Of a DNA stretch of 64,000 nucleotides, positions 10,551 to 20,477 are shown piece by piece; positions within the stretch are counted from its first letter, which is position 1, and every line of letters begins with the position of its first letter. Origin of the DNA: Rhodospirillales bacterium. GTDB lineage: Bacteria; Pseudomonadota; Alphaproteobacteria; Kiloniellales; CBDCUY01. The DNA lies in contig OZ244972.1 of assembly GCA_965222795.1 (NCBI GenBank), positions 3,709,231-3,773,230 on the forward strand, read 5' to 3'. The notes under the pieces are model-generated. The model was not told the origin of the DNA and made no database searches. It saw only the letters and a program-made list of their open reading frames with translations. Made by a program: the position numbers and the translations under genes.

Positions 10551-12110
10551 TTAGCTCTTCTGGAACATGGCGAGCATGCGCCGGGTTACCAAGAAACCAC
10601 CGAAAATGTTGACGCTGGCGATGAGAACCGAGATCGCCGCCAAGACCACGACGATCCCGCTGTCGGAGCCGATCTGCAGAAGGGCGCCTAGAATGATGAT
10701 CGACGAAATAGCGTTGGTCACCGACATTAGCGGCGTATGCAGGGCCGCCGTGACATTCCAAATCACCTGATAGCCGACAAAGACGGCCAGGACGAAGACG
10801 ATGAAGTGTTGCATGAAGCTCGGCGGCGCGACAGTGCCGACCAGCAGCAAGAGGATGGTGCCGATGGCCAACCCGGCGATCTGCATCTGCCCTGCCTTTC
10901 GGGCCGCGGCTGCGGCGGCGGCGGCGCGTTCCTCGGGCGTTTTTTCCGGCGCCTTCGGTTTCGGCTTGGCGATCGCTTGAATTTTTGGCGGCGGTGGTGG
11001 CCAGGTGATTTCCCCGGCTTTGGCAACAGTAGCCCCGCGGATGACATCGTCTTCCATGTCGACCACTGGCTGACCGTCCTTCTCCGGCGTCAGGTCATCC
11101 AGCATATGGCGGATGTTGTTCGCATAGAGTGTGGAGGACTGGGTTGCCATGCGGCTGGGAAAGTCGGTGTAGCCGATGATGCGCACGCCGTTGTCCGAGG
11201 TGATCGCCTCGCCCGGCTGGGTGAGCTCGCAGTTACCGCCCTGTTCGGCCGCCAGATCAACAACCACCGAACCTGACTTCATTTTCTCGACCATTTCGGC
11301 CGGCCACAGTTTTGGTGCCGGGCGGCCGGGGATCAGGGCCGTCGTGATCACGATGTCGATCTCAGGGGCTTGTTTGCGGAACAGCTCCATTTCCTTTTCG
11401 ATGAACTCCGGCGAGGCGGGCTTGGCATAGCCACCTTCGCCCGAGGCGTCTTCCGCGAATTCCAGCATCAAGAATTCGGCGCCCATGGACTCGATCTGCT
11501 CGGCCACCTCTGGCCGCACATCAAAGGCGCGAACGATGGCGCCGAGACCTTGTGCCGTGCCGATCGCCGCCAGGCCGGCGACGCCGGCGCCAATCACCAA
11601 GACCTTTGCCGGCGGCACTTTGCCCGCCGCGGTTATCTGACCGGTGAAGAAACGGCCGAAGTTGTTGCCGGCCTCGATCACCGCGCGGTAGCCAGCGATG
11701 TTGGCCATGGACGACAGCGCGTCCATCTTTTGCGCCCGGCTGATACGCGGCACCATATCCATGGCGATGACGCTGGCTTTTTTCTCGGCGAGGGTTTTGA
11801 GCAGGTCCTCGTTTTGCGCTGGCCAAATGAAGCTGATCAAGATGTGATCCTCGCGGATCATCGCAACCTCTTCGTCGACCGGCCCGCGAACCTTGACGAC
11901 AATGTCCGATGACGCCCAAAGGGCTGCGGCCTCGGCCACTACCTCGACCCCGGCAGCGCGATAGTCAGCGTCTGAGAATTCTGCTGCGGCACCGGCACCG
12001 GCCTCGATCAGGCATTCATAACCAAGTTTTTGCAGCAACTTGGCACTGGCGGGCGTGAGAGCGACGCGCCTTTCATGCTCTTGCACCTCTTTGGGGGCAC
12101 CGATCTTCAT
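10551..12110 (-). CDS. pntA: NAD(P) transhydrogenase subunit alpha (fused alpha1+alpha2)
   Basis: [20 protein letters not shown] Ala-dehydrogenase/PNT N-terminus and [18 protein letters not shown]-binding motif. The C-terminal TM segment gives the fused form. AAGGAG RBS. Confidence 0.9.
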   Translation of the reverse strand: MKIGAPKEVQEHERRVALTPASAKLLQKLGYECLIEAGAGAAAEFSDADYRAAGVEVVAEAAALWASSDIVVKVRGPVDEEVAMIREDHILISFIWPAQNEDLLKTLAEKKASVIAMDMVPRISRAQKMDALSSMANIAGYRAVIEAGNNFGRFFTGQITAAGKVPPAKVLVIGAGVAGLAAIGTAQGLGAIVRAFDVRPEVAEQIESMGAEFLMLEFAEDASGEGGYAKPASPEFIEKEMELFRKQAPEIDIVITTALIPGRPAPKLWPAEMVEKMKSGSVVVDLAAEQGGNCELTQPGEAITSDNGVRIIGYTDFPSRMATQSSTLYANNIRHMLDDLTPEKDGQPVVDMEDDVIRGATVAKAGEITWPPPPPKIQAIAKPKPKAPEKTPEERAAAAAAAARKAGQMQIAGLAIGTILLLLVGTVAPPSFMQHFIVFVLAVFVGYQVIWNVTAALHTPLMSVTNAISSIIILGALLQIGSDSGIVVVLAAISVLIASVNIFGGFLVTRRMLAMFQKS

Positions 12111-12471
12111 GCTTGCTGCTCCTTTTTTGAACCAATCGCCCTACCGCCAACCAGCGCGTAGGCGCTGACCGCGTGACCCTATGGAGAACCGAAGCTCACC
12201 GACAAGCAACGAGCCAAGAACGTGACCCGCGAACATGTCTGGGCTTGCCTTTGGTGGCGAATTTGCCACCTTGCCAGCCGCGCCGTCTATTACGGGCGTC
12301 GGCGGCGCCCGATATCTCCCCTGCGCGCTCCGACAACCGCCTTGGCGACGGTCGACAGGGCGGCGAATTCGCTTCTCCACTCAATGATAGTCGCTTGTAA
12401 ATCGAAGGCCGATGGATGTGAAGCCATATGTTTGAAATCAGGTCAGAATCTTCCACCCATGCAGAGGCCTC

Positions 12472-14013
12472 TCATTGCCGTGAATTGTAGGCCGTATAGG
12501 GGCGCGCGACCGGGTGATCCCAAGCGCGGTAGTGGTCGAGAATGTAAGGGACGAGCTTTTCCACGACCTGGGCGCGGTGGTCGGGAAAGGTTTGCTCGGC
12601 AAGCTTGGTGGCGAGTTCGCTGGCAACTGGCTCCAGTTCGAAGCCCGTCACGCGACCCTCGTGGTAGACCAGACGACCGCCGACGACAACACTCCGGACA
12701 TCGTCGGCGCGTGCCCGCAATACGATCAGCGCGAGCGGATCTATCTCCGGTGCCGACCAGGGAGCGGTGATGCGCTCAAGATCGAGCAGCACGAGGTCGG
12801 CACAGTAGCCGACAGCCAGGCGACCCAAGTGATCGCTTTTGCCCATCAGCTTAGCACCGCCGAGAGTAGCCGCCGCGAGCACGTCGCGCGGTCCGGGGGC
12901 GGGATCATCCAGGATCGGGCCTCGGTTGAGGCGCAGCGCCAGACGCATTTCGGTGAACATGTCCTCATCATCGTTGAGGCTGGTCCCGTCCATGCCAAGC
13001 CCCGTGGTGACTTCGGCGGCAAGAAGGGCATTGAGCGGGGCGATACCGGCGCGCAGCCGCAGGTTGGAGCTGGGGTTGTGGCTGACGGCGGTTCCTGTCT
13101 CCGCCATGATCTCGATTTCTTCATCGCTCAGCCAGACGCCATGGGCGATGGAAAATCGCGGGCCCAAGATCCCGAGGTCATGGAGGTGGCACAAAGGCGC
13201 CTTGCCATAGAGGCGGGCGCCCATCAGCTTTTCATAGTGGGATTCCAAAAGGTGGGTCTGAATGCCCGCATCGAGCTTGGCGGCTTGCTCGGCGATCCGA
13301 AGAAGACAGCTGTCGCCGACCCACTGTGGTCCCGGCGGGGCAAACCAGACATCAATTCGTGGATCATCGTGGTAACGCTGACAAGCCTCCTCGATGATCG
13401 CAAAGTACTCGTCCACGGTCAGGTTGTCGGGACCCGGCAGGAGCAGGCGGCGCACGTCGTCGGCGAGTGGCCGGGGTAGGCCGGAAAGGAATACCTCATC
13501 GGCTTGCGCGTCGCCGTGAACCAGGTGGCTGCGCGAGGTGGTGCCCGCGGCGAACGCGACGCGCATGCCGCTCTGATGATAGGCGGCAAGACCGGCCTTG
13601 ACCCGATCATCATAGTCCTTGGCGGTGCCGGCGCCGCTGTGCACATCGACCACGCTGGTGACGCCACTGCGCAGGAGGCGGGCGGCGCTCAGAAGCGTGT
13701 TGAGGCCCACATCCGTCTTGCGCAGTTTGCCGTGCGCCAGAATCCAGGGTTCTAGGAAATCGTCGGCCAAGCCGTGCTGCTGGGCCGTGACGCCGCTGGA
13801 GTGATGGTGGGCGTTGATCAGGCCAGGGATGACGGCGCAATCGGTGCCGCCAAGCACCGCATCGTTCGGATAGCGGGCGCGCAAATCGTCCCAGTGGCCG
13901 CGATCCACTATTTCGTTGCCGGTGATCCGTAGGCCCCCATCTTCCAGAATTGGATCGCCGTCACCGGCGCCTGTTACGATCCAACGACCCCGAACGAGAT
14001 GCGAGTCTGTCAT
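12472..14013 (-). CDS. Amidohydrolase family protein (metal-dependent deaminase/chlorohydrolase-like)
   Basis: GLINAHHH metal-binding HxH motif near the N-terminus. 513-aa TIM-barrel hydrolase-like layout. Substrate unknown. Confidence 0.65.
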   Translation of the reverse strand: MTDSHLVRGRWIVTGAGDGDPILEDGGLRITGNEIVDRGHWDDLRARYPNDAVLGGTDCAVIPGLINAHHHSSGVTAQQHGLADDFLEPWILAHGKLRKTDVGLNTLLSAARLLRSGVTSVVDVHSGAGTAKDYDDRVKAGLAAYHQSGMRVAFAAGTTSRSHLVHGDAQADEVFLSGLPRPLADDVRRLLLPGPDNLTVDEYFAIIEEACQRYHDDPRIDVWFAPPGPQWVGDSCLLRIAEQAAKLDAGIQTHLLESHYEKLMGARLYGKAPLCHLHDLGILGPRFSIAHGVWLSDEEIEIMAETGTAVSHNPSSNLRLRAGIAPLNALLAAEVTTGLGMDGTSLNDDEDMFTEMRLALRLNRGPILDDPAPGPRDVLAAATLGGAKLMGKSDHLGRLAVGYCADLVLLDLERITAPWSAPEIDPLALIVLRARADDVRSVVVGGRLVYHEGRVTGFELEPVASELATKLAEQTFPDHRAQVVEKLVPYILDHYRAWDHPVARPYTAYNSRQ

Positions 14014-14201
14014 AAGGTTTAGTCCTGTAATTTTTCGGGCCTAACCGCGAGGTGGCTTTGCACCGCCCCGATTCACAGCCTCAGGGCTACCGACCTTCGT
14101 AAAGGTCTCTATCCCGCTAGCGCTCAGCCGGATGATTGCGAGAATACCCAGGTCAGCCCGAAACCGCATGCCCAAAATAATGTTTGGAAGACGGTCGCGT
14201 C

Positions 14202-14381
14202 TCAGCCGTCGTCCTGGCGTTTGGTCTCGGGGAACAGCCAAACCGCAGCGACCATCAGCGCGCCAAGACCGAGAACGAACCATTGCAAAAACACGTTGCC
14301 TGCCTGGGCTTCGAAATAGAAGGCCACAGCGGTTACGAGTGCCACGATGATGCTCACTATCCTACGAATATTGGTGGGCAT
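14202..14381 (-). CDS. Small membrane protein (59 aa, two predicted TM helices), hypothetical
   Basis: MPTNIRRIVSIIVALVTAVAFYF...LGLGALMVAAVWLF. GGAGG lies 10 nt upstream of ATG 14379-14381. No family recognised. Confidence 0.35.
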   Translation of the reverse strand: MPTNIRRIVSIIVALVTAVAFYFEAQAGNVFLQWFVLGLGALMVAAVWLFPETKRQDDG

Positions 14382-14533
14382 GGCCTCTTCGCCTCCTTGC
14401 CTCACAACCGCCTGCGACCGCTGGTCGTCGACCAGAGAGCCTTGTCAGACGATCGGACCGTGATCTTCTGCAACCCGGGCCATGTCGTTGATAACCTCGA
14501 CAAGTCCCTTGCCCTTCATGGCAGAGGTTCCGA

Positions 14534-14545
14534 TAATATATCAGA
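14534..14545 (+). promoter_or_regulatory. AT-rich motif TAATATATCAGA, copy 1 (26 nt upstream of the panB ATG)
   Basis: Exact 12-mer shared with copy 3. The 9-mer ATATATCAG occurs three times in this GC-rich window, always just upstream of plus-strand genes. Confidence 0.4.
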
Positions 14546-14570
14546 AATAGATCAGTGCAAAGGCCGAACC

Positions 14571-15446
14571 ATGGAAAAGCAATCGGCAACGCGCAAGAAG
14601 CGCACCATCACGGAAATTCGCGACTCAAAGGCAAGCGGTGAGAAGATGGTCTATATGTCGGTCCCTGACTACACCTCGGCCCAGTGGGCGGAGATGGGGA
14701 GCGTCGATGTGGCCGTGGTCGGCGACAGTCTTGCCATGATCGCCCATGGCCACCCAAACACCATTCCGGCGACCATGGGTATGATGGTCATGCACGCGCT
14801 GGCGGTGCGCCGCGGGGCTCCCAACACCTTCGTCTTGGGCTGCATGCCTTATCAAAGTTACAACACCGTCGACCGGGCGCTCGCCAACGCCACCCGCTTT
14901 ATGCAGGAAGCGGGCAGCGATGCGGTCAAACCACAAGGCGGAAAAAGCCAGGTACAGATACTCAAGGCCTTGGTCGATGCTGGTATTCCCACCGCCTCCC
15001 ACATCGGCCTAACGCCCCATACCATTGCCATGTTCGGCGGCTTCAAAATTCAGGGACGGACCGCAGATGCAGCCATGAAAATCTTGGAAGATGCGCTCGC
15101 CATCCAAGATGCCGGTTGTTTCATGTTGGAGTTCGAGGCGGTGCCCGGCCCCATCGCGTCGCTTATTTCCCAGCAGCTTGAAATCCCGACGATTGGCATC
15201 GGCGCTGGGGTCGGAACCGACGGGCAGATATTGCTGTGCTACGATCTCTTGGGTGTCTTCACCGACTTTAAGCCCAAGTTCACAAAACGCTTTGCCAACT
15301 TGACAGAGGTTGCGGTCACGGGGATATCAAACTACGTGAGGGAGGTAAAAGCCGGGACTTTTCCAGACGACGATCATACCTATGGTGTGAACGATGAGGA
15401 ATATGAGAAATTCGCGACGATGGTGGAGCACCGCAAACAGATTTAA
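14571..15446 (+). CDS. panB: 3-methyl-2-oxobutanoate hydroxymethyltransferase (ketopantoate hydroxymethyltransferase)
   Basis: PanB N-terminus KKRTITEIRDSKASGEKMVYMSVPDYTSAQWAEMGSVDVAVVGDSLAMIAHG. The ORF-track start at 14184 is an upstream extension. ATG 14571 gives 291 aa. Confidence 0.85.
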   Translation: MEKQSATRKKRTITEIRDSKASGEKMVYMSVPDYTSAQWAEMGSVDVAVVGDSLAMIAHGHPNTIPATMGMMVMHALAVRRGAPNTFVLGCMPYQSYNTVDRALANATRFMQEAGSDAVKPQGGKSQVQILKALVDAGIPTASHIGLTPHTIAMFGGFKIQGRTADAAMKILEDALAIQDAGCFMLEFEAVPGPIASLISQQLEIPTIGIGAGVGTDGQILLCYDLLGVFTDFKPKFTKRFANLTEVAVTGISNYVREVKAGTFPDDDHTYGVNDEEYEKFATMVEHRKQI

Positions 15447-15470
15447 CGGCGGTCATTGCCTTACTTTGCC

Positions 15471-16205
15471 ATGAAGGAGCCAAGAGTGGCCGATTCCAAT
15501 CCGATAAGTATGATCGCCGAGCCGCCGCGACCACGCAATGAAAGCCAGACCGACCTAGCCTACAAGGTTTTGGAGGAGCAAATCGTCACGCTCCGTTTGG
15601 CGCCCGGTTCGGTCCTGTCGGAAACCCGGCTTGCCAGCGAGCTTGGCTTTGGCCGCACGCCAATCCGCGAGGCCCTCCAGCGCCTTGCTCGCGAAAGCCT
15701 CGTGGTTATTTTGCCCCGCAAGGGCATCTTGGTGGCTGATATCAACCCGCGTAGCCAGCTGCTGCTTTTGGAGGTTCGGCGTGAGTTAGAGCGCCTATTG
15801 GCACGGGCCGGGGCGGTTCGGGCGACAGCCGACGAACGGACCCGTTTCCTCGAGATCGCCAAGGGAATGGAGCAGGCCGCCCGCGAGAACGATGACATTA
15901 ACTTCATGCGGCTGGACCGCGCCCTCAATGGCTTGGTTTCCAAGGCGGCCCACAATGGCTACGCGAGCGGTGCCATGAGCCTGCTGCACGGACTTTCCCG
16001 ACGCTTCTGGTACATGCACTACAAGGAAGCGGCGGATTTGCCGCTGTGTGCGCGTCTTCATGCCCAGTTGGCCCAGCGAATTGCAAGCGGTGATCCGGAA
16101 GAGGCAGCCCGAGCCTCCGATCAACTGGTCGACTACGCCGAGACCTTCACGCGCGCAACCCTGGGCGCCGGATCAGTCGCCTTGACCGGTCCTGCGGCGC
16201 GGTGA
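15471..16205 (+). CDS. GntR-family transcriptional regulator (FadR/FCD subfamily)
   Basis: wHTH block LAYKVLEEQIVTLRLAPGSVLSETRLASELGFGRTPIREALQRLARESLV followed by an FCD-type helical C-terminal domain. Start uncertain: TTG 15456, ATG 15471, or GTG 15486 with AAGGAG upstream. Confidence 0.8.
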   Translation: MKEPRVADSNPISMIAEPPRPRNESQTDLAYKVLEEQIVTLRLAPGSVLSETRLASELGFGRTPIREALQRLARESLVVILPRKGILVADINPRSQLLLLEVRRELERLLARAGAVRATADERTRFLEIAKGMEQAARENDDINFMRLDRALNGLVSKAAHNGYASGAMSLLHGLSRRFWYMHYKEAADLPLCARLHAQLAQRIASGDPEEAARASDQLVDYAETFTRATLGAGSVALTGPAAR

Positions 16206-16213
16206 CAGGGGCA

Positions 16214-16783
16214 CTAGCGACTTTTCGGTCGCTTATCACCATCGGTTATTCTGGCGAATAGGGCGCGAAAGCCCGCCTCGATATTGTCCGCAAAGAGCGG
16301 GTCGGCATTGATGGCGAAGGCCTGGCGGATGGAGGCAAGATCGCGGCTCGTGAGGCAGGCCTTAGCCGCTGGCAGAATCTCTCGTTCCTCTAAACTCATA
16401 TGCTCGCGCTGGCTCGCCACAAATTCGCGTCCGACAGCCAGAAGCTCATCGAGGCCGGCCGGGTAGTTTTGGTCGAAGGCGACAAGCTTGCTATGCAAAT
16501 CAGCGAGACGCTCGCGCCCCTCCTCGTGTTGCTTTGCCAACTGATCCATCGTCGGAGCAAGCTCGGGACGGTGCCGGCGTAAGGCCGGGAACAGGATCTT
16601 TTCCTCCTTCGGGTGATGCAGCTTGTCGGGAAAAACCCGAACGTAATAGATGATGGAATAGAGCAGATCGAGGCTCGGTTTTGGCCCTTTGTCGGTCAGC
16701 GCATCCAGGGCCGTGCTGAGAACACCCAGGACCTTGTCTAAGGTCCGATGTTCTTCCTGAATCTTGCCGATCGCAGCAGCCAT
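16214..16783 (-). CDS. Hemerythrin-like (HHE cation-binding) domain protein
   Basis: Duplicated H...E/H motifs (EEHRTLDKVL, LHHPKEEKILFPAL, HEEGRERL, SQREHMSLEEREILP). 189 aa. Confidence 0.65.
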   Translation of the reverse strand: MAAAIGKIQEEHRTLDKVLGVLSTALDALTDKGPKPSLDLLYSIIYYVRVFPDKLHHPKEEKILFPALRRHRPELAPTMDQLAKQHEEGRERLADLHSKLVAFDQNYPAGLDELLAVGREFVASQREHMSLEEREILPAAKACLTSRDLASIRQAFAINADPLFADNIEAGFRALFARITDGDKRPKSR

Positions 16784-16904
16784 CTGCCTGGCCCCTTTTC
16801 AAGCGTTGCGCCGCCGTGTCGGCACGACGGCCGCGCCACACATGGATTTCAGCGTATGGCCCTTAGCTCGCTTTACAATGACGGCGTCCATCAGTAGCAT
16901 ATTG

Positions 16905-16916
16905 GAGATATATCAG
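16905..16916 (+). promoter_or_regulatory. AT-rich motif GAGATATATCAG, copy 2 (9 nt upstream of the 16925 ORF ATG)
   Basis: It shares ATATATCAG plus a downstream GAATGAGA with copy 3. Confidence 0.4.
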
Positions 16917-16924
16917 CTAGTAGA

Positions 16925-17248
16925 ATGAGACGCAGGGTGTTACCGCCGAAGAAGTATTCAGGATCGCGCACCATCGATGGGATTGAGGTTCTGGTGGATG
17001 GCCAGGTACTCGACGAGCGCTACGACCTGAAGAGATTTACCTCTGGGGGATTTGAATGGACCTATGAAGGGGCCGAGCCCAGGCAGCTCGCACTAGCCTT
17101 ACTGGCCGATCATCTTGGCGACGATCAGACTGCCTTGCGGCTTTGTGAGCCTTTCATGCGTTCTGTCATCGCCAACCTTGAAAACGACTGGGAATTGACC
17201 AGCCAGGACATTGATGAGGCGCTGGGCCGCCTGGAAGGTCCTAGATAA
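16925..17248 (+). CDS. Hypothetical protein (107 aa)
   Basis: ATG ORF with a coding-like GC3 pattern. No family recognised. Its start codon sits inside the shared upstream motif ATATATCAG-N-GAATGAGA (see findings). Confidence 0.4.
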   Translation: MRRRVLPPKKYSGSRTIDGIEVLVDGQVLDERYDLKRFTSGGFEWTYEGAEPRQLALALLADHLGDDQTALRLCEPFMRSVIANLENDWELTSQDIDEALGRLEGPR

Positions 17249-17360
17249 CGCCAGGCACAATTTCGGCGTTCGATCCTCTATGGGATCGAGTGACCGAAAG
17301 CGACTTTGGTGGAAAACAGTGAAGCGGGTATCGATTGCCTGCCGGAGAAGGGAGGAAGTA

Positions 17361-18416
17361 ATGAGAGTGTTGCAAAACCGGAATATGCTTGCGGCGGTGG
17401 CCGCATTCGCCCTTGGCATCCTGTTCTCGGCGGCCGCCAGTGCCGCGGAGGTAAAGTGGAAAATGGCCACCAGTTGGGGTGGTGGGCCGCTGATGGACAT
17501 CGGCGCCAAGGCCTTCGCCGACAAGGTCAAGTTGCTGACCGATGGGCGAGTCGAGATTCAGGTCTTTCCGGGCGGGCAATTGGGCTCGGCCTTGAAGGTT
17601 TCGGAAACCGTCCGCAACGGCGTTGCCGAAGTCGGCCATACCTGGATGGGCTATGACTGGGGTCAGGACAAGACCACGGTGGTGTTCGGCGGCTTCGCCG
17701 GCAGCATGGATTCCGAACGCATGCTTCATTGGCTCTATGAAGCTGGCGGCGCCGACATGTGGGGCCAGTTTCGCGACGAGAAGTTCGGCGTTGTCTCCAT
17801 GCCGCTGTTCATCCGAACCGCCGAAGTCTTTCTGCATTCCCGCAAGGCGGTAGCGAGCCTGGACGACCTGCAGGGCCTGAAACTGAGGACCGCTGGCGCG
17901 TGGCTGGAGATTTCCAAGGATCTGGGCGCGGCGCCGGTTACCATGCCAGGCGCTGAGGTTTACACCTCTTTGGAACGGGGCGCGATCGATGCGACCGAAT
18001 GGGGTACCTTGTGGGAAAATATCTCACCGGGTTTTCACAAGATCGCCAAGTACGTGATCATCCCCGGTGTGCACCAGCCGGTGGCCCCCTTCGAGGTCAT
18101 GTTTAACAAGGAAGCCTGGGGCGAAGTTTCCGAGCGAGACCAAACGCTCATCCGTGAGGCGGCCAAGCTGGTTACCTTCGAAACCTGGACACGGATCGGT
18201 CAGGAAGATGCCAAGGCCCTAGAGTTCTTCCGCAGCTCTGGTAACGAGATCATCGAGTTAGATCTTGACGTGCAAAAACAGACCAAGCAGCTCGCCGTCG
18301 ATTGGGCGGCCAAGCAGGCGGCTGAAAATCCCTGGTTCGACAAGGTCTGGCAATCGCAGCGGGATTTCGAAAAGCTCTGGGGCGATGCCTCCCGCTATCG
18401 CAACGTCAAGGGCTGA
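17361..18416 (+). CDS. TRAP transporter substrate-binding protein (DctP family)
   Basis: Signal peptide MRVLQNRNMLAAVAAFALGILFSAAASA followed by a DctP-type periplasmic domain. GGGAGG RBS before ATG 17361. The ORF-track start at 17211 is an extension. Confidence 0.85.
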   Translation: MRVLQNRNMLAAVAAFALGILFSAAASAAEVKWKMATSWGGGPLMDIGAKAFADKVKLLTDGRVEIQVFPGGQLGSALKVSETVRNGVAEVGHTWMGYDWGQDKTTVVFGGFAGSMDSERMLHWLYEAGGADMWGQFRDEKFGVVSMPLFIRTAEVFLHSRKAVASLDDLQGLKLRTAGAWLEISKDLGAAPVTMPGAEVYTSLERGAIDATEWGTLWENISPGFHKIAKYVIIPGVHQPVAPFEVMFNKEAWGEVSERDQTLIREAAKLVTFETWTRIGQEDAKALEFFRSSGNEIIELDLDVQKQTKQLAVDWAAKQAAENPWFDKVWQSQRDFEKLWGDASRYRNVKG

Positions 18417-18504
18417 GCGGTCTGATAGAGTAATGAGAGAGGGGGCCCTCTAGCCGGCGTCCCCTCTTCGGCCGTGCCAAGGCGACTGTTCCACGGGAAT
18501 TTTC

Positions 18505-19023
18505 ATGCAAGCACTCTTGCGCTTGATCGATCGGCTCTCGGGGGGATTTGGTGTGCTGGGAGCGATTATCATCGCCCCCTTGGTGCTGGCCACGGTCTAC
18601 GAAGTCTTCTCCCGCTATCTCTTTAACGCGCCGACCATTTGGGCTTACGAGATCGCCTATATGGCGATGGGCACGAATTTCCTTTTGGGGGCGGCGGTCA
18701 CGCTGCGCGATCGCGGGCACATCCGCATCGACTTGCTCTACGCCCGTTGGACGCCGAGGACCCAGGCGCTGATCGACATCATCGGCTATCTCTGTCTCTT
18801 TCTGCCGGTTGCGTGGTGGCTCAGTTGGGGCCTTTGGAAGTATGCCTACTACGCCTTTCTATCCGGCGAGACCTCAGGCGATTCCGCCTGGAATCCGGTC
18901 ATCTGGCCCTTCCGTATGGTCTTCTTTGCTGGCTTTCTTTTGCTCGCCCTGCAGGGAACGGCGGAACTGATAAGGGCTTATTATCTCTTCACCGGTCGTG
19001 GCGAACCTGAGGAATCCCGATGA
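18505..19023 (+). CDS. TRAP transporter small permease (DctQ family)
   Basis: 172-aa product with 4 predicted TM segments, positioned between the DctP and DctM genes. Its stop overlaps the DctM start (ATGA). Confidence 0.85.
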   Translation: MQALLRLIDRLSGGFGVLGAIIIAPLVLATVYEVFSRYLFNAPTIWAYEIAYMAMGTNFLLGAAVTLRDRGHIRIDLLYARWTPRTQALIDIIGYLCLFLPVAWWLSWGLWKYAYYAFLSGETSGDSAWNPVIWPFRMVFFAGFLLLALQGTAELIRAYYLFTGRGEPEESR

Positions 19024-20342
19024 GCGACTATCTTTCGCTCTTGATGTTCCCGGCGCTGCTGTTTGCCCTTTTCATGGGCTTTCCGGTTGCCTTTTCGATG
19101 ATGGGCGTGGCGCTGCTATTCGGCCTCATCACCTTCGGCGATTCGGTGATCTTTCAGTTCGTGCAAAAGGTCAACGACGTTGCCTCGAATTTCGTGCTCG
19201 CCGCCGTTCCCTTGTTTGTCTTCATGGGCGCCATGCTGGAGCGCTCCGGCATCGCCGAGGAGCTGTTCGAGGCGGTGCATCTTTGGACGCGACGACTGCC
19301 CGGCGGACTGGCCGTCGGCACCATCATCATGTGCGTCATTTTCGCCGCATCGACCGGGGTAATCGGCGCGACCGAGACTGTCGTCGGGCTACTGGCGATC
19401 CCGGTGATGATGAAATACGCCTACGACAAGGGCTTGATATCAGGCACCATCTGCGCCGGCGGGTCACTCGGCACCATCATCCCGCCTTCCGTCGTGGTGG
19501 TGATCCTGGGTCCGGTTGCCGATGTTTCGGTCGGTGACCTCTTCGTTGGCATGATCTTTCCGGGTTTGCTGATGGCCGGCCTCTACCTCGTCTACATCCT
19601 GATACGCTGCAGCCTCGACCCCAAGGCGGGACCGCGTCTTCCTCCGAGCGACGATGAGCCATCCTTGGGTGCAAAACTGCGCATCACGGCCGTTGCCCTG
19701 GTGCCGCCGGTGCTGATGATCTTCGCAGTGCTGGGCTCGATTATGTTTGGCTGGGCCGCGCCGACGGAAGCCGCAGGCCTCGGCGCTTTGGGTGCCATCA
19801 TTCTCACCCTGGTCTACCGCTCGTTCTCGCTGGCTGTCCTCTGGGAGGCCTTGATGAAGACCCTCAAGGTCACCTGCATGATCATGCTGATCCTCTTGGG
19901 CGGCAACATGTTCGCTGGCGTCTTTGTCGGCTCCGGTGGTGTGGCGCTCGCCAACGAGCTGGTCCGCTCGGCGGAGTTGAGCGGATGGATGATGCTTTGC
20001 CTGTTCCTACTGATTAGTTTTATTGCCGGTTTTTTTCTCGACTGGATCTCGGTCCTTCTGATCTTCATCCCAGTCTTTATTCCGCTCGTGGTCTCCTTCG
20101 GGTTCGATCCGGTCTGGTTTTGCGTCCTTTTCCTGATCGTGATTCAAACAAGCTATCTCACGCCGCCCATGGCGCCGGCGATCTTCTATCTGCGCGGCAT
20201 CAGTCCGCCGGAGATCACCCTGAGCCACATGTTTCAGGGCGTGATCCCCTTTATCATCCTGCAAATTGTGACCCTAGCGATCGTCGCCGCCTATCCACCT
20301 TTGGTTTTGTGGCTTCCCAGCAAGCTGCTCGGGTTCAACTAA
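19020..20342 (+). CDS. TRAP transporter large permease (DctM family)
   Basis: 440-aa polytopic membrane protein with the DctM-like N-terminus MSDYLSLLMFPALLFALFMGFPVAFSMMGVALLFG. Confidence 0.9.
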   Translation: MSDYLSLLMFPALLFALFMGFPVAFSMMGVALLFGLITFGDSVIFQFVQKVNDVASNFVLAAVPLFVFMGAMLERSGIAEELFEAVHLWTRRLPGGLAVGTIIMCVIFAASTGVIGATETVVGLLAIPVMMKYAYDKGLISGTICAGGSLGTIIPPSVVVVILGPVADVSVGDLFVGMIFPGLLMAGLYLVYILIRCSLDPKAGPRLPPSDDEPSLGAKLRITAVALVPPVLMIFAVLGSIMFGWAAPTEAAGLGALGAIILTLVYRSFSLAVLWEALMKTLKVTCMIMLILLGGNMFAGVFVGSGGVALANELVRSAELSGWMMLCLFLLISFIAGFFLDWISVLLIFIPVFIPLVVSFGFDPVWFCVLFLIVIQTSYLTPPMAPAIFYLRGISPPEITLSHMFQGVIPFIILQIVTLAIVAAYPPLVLWLPSKLLGFN

Positions 20343-20384
20343 TGTGGGGGGAAGCTTGACGGGCCGAGCGATCTGATGTACCTG

Positions 20385-20396
20385 TAATATATCAGA
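20385..20396 (+). promoter_or_regulatory. AT-rich motif TAATATATCAGA, copy 3 (82 nt upstream of the PhyH-family gene)
   Basis: Identical 12-mer to copy 1. Followed by TGAATGAGAAC, similar to copy 2. Confidence 0.4.
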
Positions 20397-20477
20397 TGAA
20401 TGAGAACAAGACTTGACACGTGGGGTAGGCTGCGGCGATCGAAAAACCGAATGGCGTGCGTTCGGGAGTAGTATGCT

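Noticed and set aside
14184-14570. Upstream extension of the panB ORF (the 420-aa version)
   Set aside because: PanB homology begins at ATG 14571. The extension overlaps the small minus-strand membrane ORF and contains the TAATATATCAGA motif, which is typical of promoter DNA.
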